DNA from: the human T2T-CHM13v2.0 reference genome, Homo sapiens
Assembly (NCBI RefSeq): GCF_009914755.1
Contig: NC_060925.1
Reading direction: 5' to 3' (one strand)
DNA: 64,000 nucleotides
Of this stretch, positions 1-17,030 are shown piece by piece; positions within the stretch are counted from its first letter, which is position 1; each line of letters starts with the position of its first letter. The position numbers and the translations under genes were made by a program. The notes below the pieces were generated by a model. It was given only the letters and a program-made list of their open reading frames with translations, ran no database searches and had not been told where the DNA came from.

Positions 1-145
1 TTGGTAGACTAAAACAAGATGGCTCTTGCCAACTGTCTATGTTTTTCTCACGTAGAGGTAAATGCAACTCTGATTTGCAATCCATGCTGAGGAATGTTGT
101 TGTTTCTTTGAAGGAAGGAGGGGTGTTGTTTTTGTAAAAGGTGTT

Positions 146-720
146 TATGTCTGGTTGATTTGATTGCAACGAGCAGAACCTCACTCAAACTGACTCAAGA
201 AAATGTTAGGCAAGTGACAATTAAGTTAATGCAAAGATACATTGGAGTAATAAAAAAAAGATAGTGACATTAAAGGAATTAGATAACTGAAACAGGATTC
301 AGCAATTCTACCTTCCGAGTCCTCTGGGAAACAATGCATCTCTCCATCTCTCTTAGGGTCTTTGTGTTCTGTCTATGATTCATGCTGGCTGCTGGTTCCT
401 CCCCCGTCTCATCTATCTGCAGCTTCTTTGGCTTTCCTTAGCCTGCATATGGTCCATCGTGGTCTTTCTCCACTCCAAGACATTTCTTAGTATAACCTGT
501 CCTGTCCCACCTCCTCAATTTCACCTCCTCAACTCAACCTGTTCAATTTCCCAGAAGAATCCAACTGACCCAGTTCATCTTCTCAGACCTGGTTCCAAGT
601 CTCTCCAACGATCTTCTCCTGATGTCAGGCTGAAATAAATCTGTCTCCACAGAAAAAGATGCAAAATAATTATTAGCCAGACACTTACTTGGGAGGTGAG
701 GGCACTGGAAAAGCAAGGGG
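146..720 (-). mobile_element. Old MaLR LTR (MLT1J/K/L-like)
   Basis: ttgattgcaacgagcagaacctcactcaaactg resembles the reverse-complement MLT1J/K terminus. Right boundary approximate. Confidence 0.45.
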
Positions 721-1236
721 GCCTTATGTGCATTTCATTGCCACTGTAAATATATTTTTTTATTTATATGATTTTATACTCCTAGCTGATCTCTTAAGTT
801 GTTAAATTACCTACAGGATAAATTCAGAATTAGGTTACATTATTGACCCCAATCTACAACTTGGGACAAATAACTTTAGTAAGCCTATCTGTAAAATGGG
901 AGTATGTTACTTGGCTGCCTCTTTCTCTTTCATGAAATAGACAACAGATGCAATGAATCAGCCCTTGGATAATCTCAGGTGAGAGTCTCTTTGTAGACAG
1001 GAGGAATTGCTGTTTCCCCATATCACTGACGTGCGGATTTCCTGGGATCACAGCTGCTGTTCACCTCCTCTAAGACCACTGGCAAAGCTTCACATCCAGG
1101 TATATACATACTGAAAATCTACTTCCTGACAGTTTCCTAGAATGGGCTCCCAAGATAAGAGATTAGCATGGAAAATGATATGAGCCCCAAATCTAGCTTC
1201 CCATTTTCCTAACAACTCCTCCTTTTGCCTGCGTAG

Positions 1237-5872
<4,636 letters not shown>

Positions 5873-6114
5873 GTTAGTAAATAAAAAAATAATAGATCAG
5901 CAAGGAAGGATTTATTGAGTTTACGTAAATGAGATGAGCTACATGAAAATTACAAAAGAGAGGAAAAGTGTGTGATCTCAAAGAACAGGTTTTCCTTATC
6001 ACATTAAAACACCCTAATCAGTAAGCTATAATTTCTTTATGCATGCACATGTGCACACACATATAATCATAGAGACTCAGGATAAGTACCCAAAGTTACT
6101 GTTTTTATTTTCAG

Positions 6115-6163
6115 TCCATAAATTCACCTACCTGAAGTGAAAAGTTGAAAATTTTGGACAAAG
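6115..6163 (+). pseudogene. Pseudo-exon B (49 nt, phase 1 to 2)
   Basis: Acceptor gtttttattttcag and donor aag|gtaatc. Reads IHKFTYLK*KVENFGQ in the phase set by exon A. Confidence 0.45.
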
Positions 6164-6959
6164 GTAATCCAAAGGTAACCACGTAGCTTTCCTCATTGAC
6201 AAAAGATTTGTAAATATTTTTCTAGGTCACATTTGCAACCCCAGAGCCTAACAGTCTCTGGCACAGTGCCAAATAGCTGTACTACAAGAAACGTAATGAA
6301 GAAATATGGTGACGGAAGGAGGGGCGATAGAGAGAGATAAGGAAATGAAAGGAGGAGAGGAAAGAAGGAAGAAAAAAAGAGATGGCCTGGAAATTCCTAG
6401 GGGTAATGACATTTAGATTTCCAACCCATAACATGTATTCAAATGTTTCTTCACTTTCTTGTCTGTATCTCCCCTCAATGTCATTCCTAAGACTTAACTC
6501 AGTGTTCCCAAATTCATGATCTGACATCTGAGGCTGCTCCACCCTACCCATGGTCAAGGCTACAATACTCTACACAAAGCACCTGCAGCTATTTCTCAAT
6601 GACTAAGAGATTCCCACCAAGCTCCAACTCCTTATCTTTAATCTAAACCCTTGCATCCTGGTGTGGGGGCACAGGTTTTGTCCTGTAACCTCCTCCCCTG
6701 CTCTGCTTAGTCATGCGGCTTTCTCAGAATGACAGCTGTATTCACCTTCTGCCTGGATTTTAGTTGGGCTTCTTATCCCTGTGTCAAATCTCCCTAGAGT
6801 ATCTGGTCTGGAACCCTCAGGCCAGCTCTTTCCCAGGCTTTGGAAACCAGTCCCCATCTAATGCTCCAGGTTCTCATTAGTCTGAGCATGCAGCTCCAAG
6901 TCCTGATGTTTCTGAGAGCCACTGTTGGCAGGACTGTAACCACTACACGGTGCTCCATG

Positions 6960-7110
6960 GCTTCTACTACTTAACTTGTGGGACTTTGCTGCCTCAGTTT
7001 CATCATCAGAAAAATATAAATAATAATAACACCAGGTGTACAGGGATGCTCTATTAAACATTAAAATTGTGTGGGAAGTGCTTTGTAAGTTGTAAATAAC
7101 TATAAAAATA
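6960..7110 (+). mobile_element. MIR/MIR3 fragment
   Basis: Core gcctcagtttcatcatc followed by gtgctttgtaagttgtaaa. Confidence 0.6.
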
Positions 7111-7305
7111 CTAGTGATTTTTTAGAGATTTCTCATAGGACAATATCAGACACAGGAAAAAACAAAAATAAACAACAAAAAACAACTTAGCCCTGTGCTC
7201 AGTTACATCCCATACCAAAGCCAGAACCTCTCCTTTTGCCAGTGCTATGACATAATGTAATATTACACCAGTGGTGTTTGTGGTGAATGACTATTTCTTG
7301 TTTAG

Positions 7306-7644
7306 TTATTTATCTCATCCCCAAAAGAAAGTGTGTGCTTCCCGGTTTTATGTTTCCTACTGCAGTTTGACAAGTGGCCAGAGGGAAGTTTCGAAAGAAA
7401 AGAACAAATGCCATGAAAAGGGAGACAATGCTGTAAATAACATGGAAATGCCTCCTCCCAGAGAGCATCTGAGACACAGGTGGAACTCTCACCATAACTC
7501 AGTGGCCGCAGCACAAAGCTCAGAACTGGCTCACAAGCGGGGTGCTGGCAGTAGGAACATGTGGCCCCAACAAGGCCCACTGTCCATCATGTTAAAATCT
7601 ACTGTGTGGTCAGTGAGGTTTCCCAGTTTCTTATATGTATTCAC
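7306..7644 (+). pseudogene. Pseudo-exon C (339 nt, phase 2 to 2, frame fully open)
   Basis: Acceptor tatttcttgtttag and donor cac|gtaagt. Lies within ORF 7271-7648. Ends PLSIMLKSTVWSVRFPSFLYVF, resembling RGS helices 2-3. Confidence 0.55.
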
Positions 7645-7774
7645 GTAAGTGGGCGGGGGATTTTTTTTTTTTCTTTAACATCACAAGGTACTTAAAGCCA
7701 CTCTTCAGGAAGGCTCTACAGCATCTTGGACCTAATTTTAGGGAAAGAAGGAACTCAAGAGTCCATTATTTCAG

Positions 7775-7855
7775 AGAGAAAACCCACATCTGAGAGCACT
7801 CAGCTCCATCACTACAGTTATTTCTGAGGTTAAGCCAAATAAAACCTTCAAAAGT
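7775..7855 (+). pseudogene. Pseudo-exon D (81 nt, phase 2 to 2)
   Basis: Acceptor ccattatttcag and donor agt|gtgagt. Reads EKTHI*EHSAPSLQLFLRLSQIKPSK, a possible RGS helix 4 equivalent. Confidence 0.45.
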
Positions 7856-8178
7856 GTGAGTAACTGCCCTGAAATTTCTTTTCCTGTCAGGAGCACTAAT
7901 ACTAAATTAGATTTAGGATTGCAGATGCAAGAAATCACTGTGAAAACTTTTCCCTCCTTTTCTTCCTTTATCCAATAAATTACTAACTGTAGACACTTAG
8001 ATTAGCAGCACTGTGTCATTTCTATTAGTAGATCTCCAAATTAGTTAAACTATCAAAATGTATAGTCTTTAAAAGCAAGTGTGTAGTTTCCATTGTTCAC
8101 AGTTTTCAAAGAGGTAGATGCTAGTGCAATCATAGGATACTTACCTGACTCATTATTTTTCAAATGAAATCTTACTAG

Positions 8179-8245
8179 GTCTGTAGTGTACATTATGATG
8201 TCAGTTCATGAAATGATTTATATGTGAAGAGAATATTCCGTATCT
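8179..8245 (+). pseudogene. Possible pseudo-exon E (67 nt, phase 2 to 0)
   Basis: Weak acceptor ttactag and donor tct|gtaaga. Reads SVVYIMMSVHEMIYM*REYSVS. Confidence 0.3.
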
Positions 8246-8349
8246 GTAAGACAAGCAATACTTTGCTTTTCAGCATTTCCAGGCAGTAAAGAATATGCAT
8301 ATGAACAACAACAACAAAAAATCCACAACATAAGCTCATGCATTCAACA

Positions 8350-8480
8350 AGCATTGACAGAGGTGAGACACAAAGAAGTTAGGCAGCTTGTCTAAGCTCC
8401 TACAGTTCATAAACGGCCAAGCAGAGACTCCAGCCCCAGTTTTTGACCCCGAGACTCAGTCTCTGCTACATCACACTGCT
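8350..8480 (-). mobile_element. MIR fragment
   Basis: acagaggtgagacacaaagaagttagg...cttgtctaagctcctacag resembles the antisense MIR core. Confidence 0.55.
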
Positions 8481-8529
8481 GCCTCCTCAGGGTCGTCACA
8501 AACTCTAAGGGGAGATGACAGAGATGCAC

Positions 8530-9200
8530 ATTCATTCAACATTCTTTCATTTGTTCAGTAAATAAAATTTGTTCTATTGCATACCTATCCAAGCGATCAG
8601 CATTACCTGGAATTGTAGGGAAAGTGGGATGTTGGCCAAAAAGAGGACAAAATGCAAAAGGCAGGCACACAAAGAAATCACAGGGATGCATTTGAGTAGG
8701 CTTCCAACCGCAGGTGACAGCTAAGATACTTCCTGAAGAGTGGGTCAGAAAGTGGGGATGGACCACAGAAAGAATTTCACTGCAAGTGAAGTAAATGGTG
8801 TTTAGGAGTTTATAGAGAAAAGGAACTATACATTGTGTGGTGTAAATGGAGTGTAGGTAATTTAAAATGTTGGAAAATTCAGCTTGGGGCCAGATTCCAG
8901 AGAGTTTTAAATGTCTGAATAAGAAGCTTGTGTTTTGTTTATTAAGCAATGGAAAATCATTGAGGTGTTTAGCTGAGGAGTGATATAGTCAGAGCTATGT
9001 TTTAGAAGAATGGATCTAGAAGAAGTGTGTATGCATATAACTGAATGGGGGGAAAGAGCCTAGAGACCAGAGGAATGCAGCTGTGTCCCAGATGAGAGAT
9101 GCAGAACAATGTTCAGGCAGACAGTAAACTGGGGGGGAAAGGAAGGTAAGATGGGTTGCTTTGTATGAATAAGGTAAAAAAAAAAAAATCTACTACGACA
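8530..9200 (-). mobile_element. L2 fragment
   Basis: cattcattcaac terminus and ggccagattc...gcaatggaaaatcattgagg motif. Confidence 0.6.
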
Positions 9201-10864
9201 ACTTGCAAGCAATGTTCTCTGGTGAATAACATTCTCTAGAAATATAACTAAGAATAAATATAAGCATCCAATTTGATGAGTGTATGGCATCTCCAGCAGC
9301 TCAGCAGCCACTCAAAGCATAAAGCTGCATGAATACAGAAAATACCAAATATCCAGGTATCGGGGTCACCTCAGAATTCATCCCTAGCCATGACTCACTC
9401 TCAGCCACATAAATGCCCCCTGCTTCTCTGAGACAGGCAAGAACAATGATTCACTCACTCAATTATAAGTGAGATATGATTGGAGGGTCATGATTAGGGA
9501 AAGATTATTTCCCAAAGCCATATTGGCATATGTATACCAAATCAACCAGCTAAAGTAAAGAAGGCTGGGTTCAGGGAGGGAGAACACTCGTAGAAAGGAA
9601 AGAGACAAAGAAAGGACAGTCACGTGTGAGCTTTGAGTTTTTCTCCAGTGGGGATGGCTGCACTAAATCATCCACACTCCCTCACACGGATACCCTCCTG
9701 ACCACATCATGCACTGAGAGGCAAGCAGATTTTATTTTCATTTATTCAGTCAAGCATTCAATCATCCCACAAACATATATGGAACACTACTGTGCCAACA
9801 TGCTGGGATTTGGTCCGCATCCTGAGAGTCACATAGTGATATCTGCCAGTGTACAGAATTAAGAGTGCAGCCACAAAAACAGAGTGAGGCTACCTGACTC
9901 AAATGGAGATGAAACCTGTGACTGGGCCCTAATAGCCCAAACCAGCCTATGACTCCCACCAGACTGAGGCTCCAAGACCAGCCCTGGCAGACCCGCCTCA
10001 CTATCCCTTAGGGCTTCATTGACCGTTGCATTTCTATCCCAGGGAGAGGAAAAGAGCAGAGGTAAAAAATTAAAACCCTGCTTCTTTTAACAGCAAATTT
10101 CTCGAGTGGGCCCAACAGTGGTGTGCAGAGAGTCTTAAGCAATAAAGCAGTCAATAGGGACTCTAACGAGCCAACAGCAATTTTATCCTGAGGAAAGACA
10201 TTAGCTTACATAATAAAGTTGGGGCAGAATTGTTCTGAGTGGTGTGAGTAGAAATGTTTTGTTGACTGCTGTTGAAATGGGTAACAGACTTTGCATATTA
10301 TATCACCATTTTTTGTTGTATTTCACATGCAGTGTTTTTCTGCTCTTGACTTTGAGGTGTGAGGGAGAGGCTCTAATCATATGGCCTTGTGCAGATGCTC
10401 CATTTGCATTTCTATTAATCCAGGCCCTCCTGGAGATGCTCGAGCAGGGACACAGCATGCTTTGTGTTTGAACTTGTGAGAACCCATACCACCGCTTAAT
10501 AACTTAATACATATGTATAGCCTCCCTCAGACAGCCCACTAGGAGGCAGAAGCAGGAGGAGGTGCTACCAGCTTGCAGACTGCAGGGCTCTACAGAAATG
10601 TGTTCTGACAGGAAGGAGCACCTTGCTTGGTAAAGAGTCCCTGTGCCTTAATCCTATCTAGCCAACCCACCCGCCTGGCTGGGAAAGCCTATTTTTTAAG
10701 CACATAACCAAAGTATTAGTTCTTAGTAGTCAGAAATAACTGACAACTAAGAAGGAGGCTGGCAGGCCCCTTGCAACTCTTAGTTTGGTAATATGGCATG
10801 GCTGTCCTTTTGTTTCTGGCAGGAATTGGGCAGTACAGAATTTTTTAATGCAGGTAATGTAAGG

Positions 10865-11120
10865 AAGCAGAAAAGTGTCGTGTTGAAAGCATTGGGTTTA
10901 CAATCCAGCAGACATTGTTTTGAACCCCAGCTCCACCTCCTATCAGTTGGGACACCTTAGCAGATCACTTAACTTATTCTGAGTCTTGACTTTCTCATCC
11001 AACTAATAGGGATAGTATCTGTCTTGCAAGGTTGCCATGAGAATGTTAAAAAAAAAAAAAGTACAGGTGAAGCACCTGTTGTTGATTGTGCATTTAATAT
11101 TTAATAAATTGTAGCTATTA
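10865..11120 (+). mobile_element. MIR
   Basis: ttgaaccccagctccacc...cacttaacttattctgagtcttgactttctcatc. Confidence 0.7.
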
Positions 11121-11195
11121 ATATTATGACATCATTTGTTGCATTGCATGGCTTCCTAATGTTGCCAGTTGATTCATTCATGGACTGTTTTGCAG

Positions 11196-11717
11196 GATAA
11201 ATGAAAGAAGGGCAGGATGGGGAAAATGAATGAATGGTGGTGTGTGGGCCTTTGGCCCTGTCAGTGTGACCCAAGAACCAAACAGATTCTGAGAAAACTA
11301 CACTCTGAAAATGTTGTGAAGAAAATACACACCATTATTTTTAAGTGGACTTAGGTTTCCTTCTGCCTTTTGAATTTTATGTTGGGAAAATCTATGAAAT
11401 TGGCACACATGAATGAAAACCACACAAAGTTCTTCTAAGAACTCTCCAAAGGAAGCCCAGCAGAGCAGCCTCCATGGCAATGCTCATTTCCGCTAAACAT
11501 CACAAGAATTACTTTCAACTGAGGAGAGTACGTTGCATTCTAGGAAGAAATCTCACCACCTGTTAAGATTTTCCTAAGATTACATGAATAAGAAATGTTC
11601 CTTTCTTTGCCTTTCTTTTTTTCCCTTAAATAAACTGGAGATATATTTGAGAAGTCAGAATTACAGATTCTCATTTTCTTTATCAATTTTGTTCAAGTTC
11701 TTATTTCATATTTTTAG
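11196..11717 (+). pseudogene. Pseudo-exon F (phase 0 to 2, at least one frameshift)
   Basis: Acceptor ctgttttgcag and donor tag|gtacat. Starts DK*KKGRMGKMNEWWCVGL, similar to exon A, and ends KLEIYLRSQNYRFSFSLSILF. The internal frame is ambiguous. Confidence 0.45.
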
Positions 11718-12040
11718 GTACATTATGTACATTTATTTTATAAATAGCCAATGAGCAGAATGATGAATGGTAAAGATAATAATGTAACTGTGCAAACTAG
11801 CTCCTACCTAGGGCCTTTTAGTGCATGCCTGAAAGGTGGCAGAAAATAATTTAAACAAAATTAAATAGATAGCATGTGGCTCTTGTCCAGGCAACCCTCA
11901 ACTACATCAACATGGCTAATATTAGGAGGAATGAGTAGGGCTAAAAGAAATTTTTAAAAATCTAAAAATTTTAAAATTCTAAAAAATTTAAATTCTAAAA
12001 AAAATTTAAAATCCCATAATTTAAAAAATCTATCTACAAG

Positions 12041-12132
12041 GGTTATTATGTTCATCTTATGATTCTACACAAGACCTCATATATATTGAATGTTGAAGAA
12101 CTATGAAAAGGACATTAATCTATTTCAAAATG
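12041..12132 (+). pseudogene. Pseudo-exon G (92 nt, phase 2 to 1)
   Basis: Acceptor tctacaag and donor atg|gtaatt. Reads VIMFIL*FYTRPHIY*MLKNYEKDINLFQN; both stops are TGA, compatible with CGA decay. Confidence 0.5.
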
Positions 12133-12511
12133 GTAATTTGTTAGAATCAGTTCAAAACATAGTGAAGGCCCTTGAAAGCAAGTGGTTATTTCAGGGCCAC
12201 AATTAGCTGTGTCAAATGATCAGCAGAGGCAACCAATGGCAGACCTCCTCTGCCCCGGTGCCTGCCATCACCATTACACTAGGTTGTTTGCGTGCCTACT
12301 TGCACCTTCTAGTTTCATCTGCATTACTTCTTCCACAACCCCTATCCAACCAGTTGGTGGCTCCTAACCCAGCTCCACACCTAGTGCCAGCCTCTATTCG
12401 CACAAACTCTAATTTTGGTCACTCACCTCCTCTGATGTCTGTAAAAATCTTCATGCCATCCAATAAGTAACTAGTAATTGTATTTCTTACCCCAACACTC
12501 AATCACAAAAG

Positions 12512-12860
12512 GAATAAGAGAAGTTGGTAATAAAGTATTATCCTACGTTTATGTCCAGTTTTATCCAAAAGTCAGAGATTTGATGATGCTTTTCTGAATT
12601 ATTTTTATTCTGATTTCCTGGAAGTCAGCACCATTAGGTTGATAAAAATGAATTCTCTTTGGGCAATATTCCCATAATCTGTCAGTCTCCAGAAGCTTCT
12701 ATTTTTACCCTACTCTGTAGCATCATTTTTTCTGCCAAAAGAACTTGGCTCATGGGGCAGTGACTGTACCTACATAGCTCCTTTCTTAGATTAAGTTCAA
12801 GAATGCTAAGAGAAAAACACAGCACTCTAACTTTTGGGAACTGCAACCAAAGAACACATG
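12512..12860 (+). pseudogene. Pseudo-exon H (phase-1 start; 3' end unclear, abuts a MIR)
   Basis: Joined to exon G it reads LFQNGIREVGNKVLSYVYVQF. After a frameshift it reads KSQRFDDAFLNYF...SVSLQKLLFLPYSVASFFLPKELGSWGSDCTYIAPFLD*VQEC. Confidence 0.5.
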
Positions 12861-12861
12861 G

Positions 12862-13060
12862 GCTATAGAGTCAGGATTCAATTCCCAACTCTGTCATCTA
12901 CTAGCTATTTGAGCAAGTCATTTGCTATCTTCGTAACTCAGTGTCTTTATTCATAAAATAGGGATAGTAATAGTAGCTACCCCTACAGTTTTTTAGTATG
13001 GAAAGACTTAACATACGTAAAATTCTTGGAATAGTACCTATCTCATAGTAAGTGTTTAAT
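12862..13060 (+). mobile_element. MIR
   Basis: gagtcaggattcaattcccaactctgtcatctactagc...tcataaaatagggatagtaatagta...atagtaagtgtttaat. Confidence 0.75.
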
Positions 13061-14169
13061 TAATATTTTCTATCATCATCATCATCACTATTATTATTAC
13101 TTTACAGACATATATAATTCATCCTTTTTTTCCCATTTTTGAAGGATATTTTCTAACCACTTTTTGGTGTACCACTTAAGTTTATTTTGTGTTTTTTCTT
13201 GCACAAATCTAGAGTCGTTTATTGTTTCAATATTTATTCTTCATGTTGGCCACATGTCAAGTCCTTAAATTTATTTTCTTTATACTAAGGCAGCAGTTCA
13301 ATTTCTGAAGTTGTTCTGAAAGGTCCCAGTTTCTCCCTGTGACCTTTACCCTCACACACGCATTGAATTACTGGTGGTCCTTATTACATACCACCAAGAA
13401 TGAGTGCTTGTCTGCTGTTTTTTTAGTTAAGACATTTAGTCAACTCTGCTAGATAGAGGTCTGTGACTAAAAGCTGTCAATTAAGCAGAATCTAGCTTTA
13501 ATGCTTTACTTGGGGAGTGCAGGGAGGAGAGAGCTACGTGTATCTTAATTCCATGGTAGGACCCGGGATACGAGCGAGCTGGTAACGAGGAAGGCAGCAT
13601 GGAAACGTCAGAGGATAAGACAAAGCTGAATAGGACAGAAGATAAACAGAGAATAGAAAAGCAGAATGAGGCTAAAGTTCAAAGTAGATGGTTCCTAAGA
13701 CAAAGCCAAATGGACCACACTTTAGGATCACCTGGACATTTTAGAAGGACTGTGTTCTGTCTTTCCTCTAAGTCATGCTTTGGGAAACTTAAATTATATC
13801 TTGGATTTCTGATCGAATCCCCAATGAATCAAAAATTTGTTAGAAAGAAGGGAAGGAAAGAAAGAGGGGAAGAAAGAAGACAGGGAAGAACGGGAATATT
13901 CTAGTACATATCCTAAGTTTGGTTCAATTTCATTCTAATCTGTTATACTTTCTACATATATAATTCATTGGGAAAATAATATTCATTATAATAATGACAG
14001 TATAGAATCAAAACAAAATCTTCAGGAAATGAAAATTTAATGAATAATGATGTGACAATGAAAATGTGTTCATCATACTCTAATAAGGCAGGAAGTGACC
14101 TAAAATGTTTCAGCCAAAGATTTCCTAACTAAATCTAAAAAAAAAAAAAAAAATCACTAATTATAATAG

Positions 14170-14420
14170 AGATGACAAACAAGGCTTCCTCTCACAAAAC
14201 ACCTGCAATCTATTGGTAGGAACTGCCTGGGCTACTGTATTGAGAAGAATTCTGAAGCTAATGTAGGTTGAGCAGGAAAGAGCACTGTGAACCATCAGTT
14301 ACATCTGCCACGGTGGATATTTATGGTATACATTCCTTTGCTTTCACCATTCTGGGCTGTGAGGATGACATGTTCTAAGAATTCTAGTTAAAATCAAGAC
14401 TTCGCTGTATATGTTACCAA
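14170..14420 (+). pseudogene. Possible pseudo-exon I
   Basis: Reads FLSQNTCNLLVGTAWATVLRRILKLM, then after a shift IYGIHSFAFTILGCEDDMF*EF*LKSR. Splice sites are not clear. Confidence 0.3.
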
Positions 14421-14685
14421 TAATGTTAAACAAATACTTAATATGCACTCTTTGTCCAAGGAACTACATAATTTTCAATGAAAAGTAAAGTTCCAAAAAA
14501 TTCCTTTAAAATGGAACTGCATCCACAATTGCATGACGTGTTTTTCATAATTTATAATTTTTTCTTGATTTCACTATATTTTAAACAGTTGCTCAGACTT
14601 CATGAGCATTAAGATGTCTGTGACTGTAATCAAATAACCACAACCACCACATACAGATATTCCACTAACTCTATCAACAACCACA

Positions 14686-15000
14686 GGCCGGGTGCGGTGG
14701 CTCACGCCTGTAATTCCAGTGCTTTGGGAGGCCAAGATGGGTGAATCACCTGAGGTCAGGAGTTAGAGACCAGCCTGGCCAACATGGCAAAACCTCGTCT
14801 CTACTAAAAATACAAAAGTTAGCCGGGCATGGTGGTGGGCCCCTGTAATCACAGCTACTCCAGTGGCTGAGGCAGGAGAATCGCTTGAACCCGGGAGGCG
14901 GAGGTTGTAGTGGCGAGATCACAGCACTGCACTCCAGCCTGGGTGACAGAGCAAGACTCTGTCTGAAAAAAAAAAAACAAAAACAAAAACAAAAAAAAAA
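14686..15000 (+). mobile_element. AluS (Sx-like)
   Basis: Full dimeric Alu with A-tail; short TSD aaccaca. Confidence 0.95.
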
Positions 15001-15659
15001 AACCACAAAGTCGAAGTCATAGCAGCCTCACTTTCCTAACAATATTCTCCAAAGGAGTTTGCAGTTTAGGCACATTATACTTTAGTTAATAAAGGTCCTA
15101 AAAATTTAAATGCTGGGATCCCCAATTATTCTAACTTGCTCATGGGCATCTAATTCTGCAAATCAGAGCTAAATCATCTTATCATTTAGATTAGTAGCCC
15201 TTAGCTTTTTGACTTTCTGTGCATGTTTAAGTGTCTTTTCAGTTTGGTTTCTCTTTAATTAGGAGAAACAGCCTTGTGTTTTAAGAATGTCACTGTTTAA
15301 AACAATGTGAATTTTACATAACACATTTGCCTTGAAGCATCTGCAATGAACTCAGTTTTATAAATCAAAACAAATATGAATTTAAAACCAACCATTAGGT
15401 TCTATAGCCAAAATTATGTTCTTGACCCTGTTGGTATAAAAATTAAAATTCCTTTGTTCAAGATTGGTCCCTCCAATAATACTTGATTTTCATAAATCTC
15501 TTTATTTCTGGGAAGTTCAAAAGGAGCAAACACAAAATTTGCAGAAAAGCACCAAACTAGCAATTAAAGTCTCTAATGTAATACCTAAACTGCAATGCTC
15601 CATTCCAACAGATTAAATATTAAGCTTTTCAAACAATTTATTCAATTCCATAGAACAGA

Positions 15660-17030
15660 AAGGGCAGCAGAGAAAAAGTGCAAACTTTGACATTAGTTGC
15701 TGAGTTTAGTGTTGCTTACAGTTTTCTTCTTTACTCTCAATCCTGTTACAAATAATGCAAACCTGTTTTTATTAATTTACATTAAGTTCATTTAACACTG
15801 ATGAAACAGACCAGAAATGTATAATGAGGAACATTTAACAAGCTCCCGCATTAGGGCTAATCATGCTCTGTTTACGAGAGCTTATTTCGTTCTTGGAAAA
15901 TAACTTAGTAGAAAGCTCCATCCTTATTTAACAAGTAAAAAGGAGAGCGCCACCAGCTACTGATAACAAAGAAATGAACAAGCTTAATAATCTCCAATTT
16001 GGTTTTCCACTCCACTTAATGATGGAGGCAATGCGAGCTCTGTGGCCAGAGTACATGAGGAAGCATCCACAAGTACTGAAAATTTAATTAAAAGTCAGAA
16101 AGCCACCGCAATGAAGACTCAGCAGAAAGCCATTTATTTTTAAAATCTAATATATTCTTCATGACTAAAGGCTAAAGCACGTGCTGACTTACACATTTAG
16201 CTGTAACTGATTTAAGCTACTTGATGATTTTTTTCTTTTCTTTTTTTTTTTTTTTTTGCTCACAGGGTGGTGCTCAATTTGCAATGAAGTAAATTGGCAG
16301 AATTTAATTTGGTGGATTTTTTTAACTCTGTAAAAAGAATCCTCATTAAAGCCACATGATCAGCTGTATACTTTTTTCATCATTAACTAGCCTAACTGCA
16401 GGTAAAAGAGATACAATTACGGATTTATATAAACCCTATTGTCAATTTATAGCTGAAAGACAAGTGAGTTACCTCATTTTATATAGGTTATTTTTTTCCC
16501 TTAACCTTTCTTTGTTTTAATGAGGATTCAGTTTGTCACTGTCTGAGAAGTCTGCTGGCAGGAAAGTTTCTCAGAAATTATAAGGAATAAAAAGTAGGAA
16601 TGGGAGAAGATACTTGTCTAAGTTTCAAATCTGCTGGAAGACTCAGCATCTGAAATTCATCCCCAGAGCAGTGTATTTATTGTCTATCAGCTGCCACACT
16701 GGAGTACAGAAAGCCAAAACAATGAGAGCACTTAAAGAAGGGCTTGAGAAGAAAGGGGGTAGAGAGGAATAACCCTAGGTATGCTAGAGTTGCGAGAAAC
16801 ATCACTGGACACAATTGTGCCTTCCAGATGACCTTGGTATGGATATATTTTGCCTAGTTATTTTACCTTGCCTTGTTCAAAAAGGGAAGGGGGGGTGCTT
16901 TGAAGCAGCTGGGAGATCAGCGCAGAGCAGTACACTTATTCTGAGGCCTCATAGTGAGACTTCAGAAAGCAACATTTCCCACCACCCCAAGAGATGTGAC
17001 TGGACCTCTCCACTCCAGCCGAGAGCTTAA
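15660..17030 (+). pseudogene. Pseudo-exon block J (one or several exons with RGS-like segments)
   Basis: Segments LMMEAMRALWPEYMRK, DFFNSVKRILIKAT, SVCHCLRSLLAGKFLRNYKE...TCLSF and LCLPDDLGMDIF...GCFEAAGRSAQ. Strong acceptor (T)n-gctcacag at 16265 and donor cag|gtaaaa at 16401. Confidence 0.4.

Noticed and set aside
8137-8147. atacttacctg, identical to the U1 snRNA 5' end
   Set aside because: No further U1 sequence follows; better read as a minus-strand splice donor.
9240-9356. Exon-like block reading LRINISIQFDECM...KYP with donor cag|gtatcg
   Set aside because: Phase does not fit the neighbouring exons without extra frameshifts and it has 2 stops; not included in the model, though worth rechecking against an ortholog.
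11940-12030. AT-only quasi-repeat (aaaatttaaaattct)n
   Set aside because: Low-complexity sequence without spacer structure; not a CRISPR-like array.
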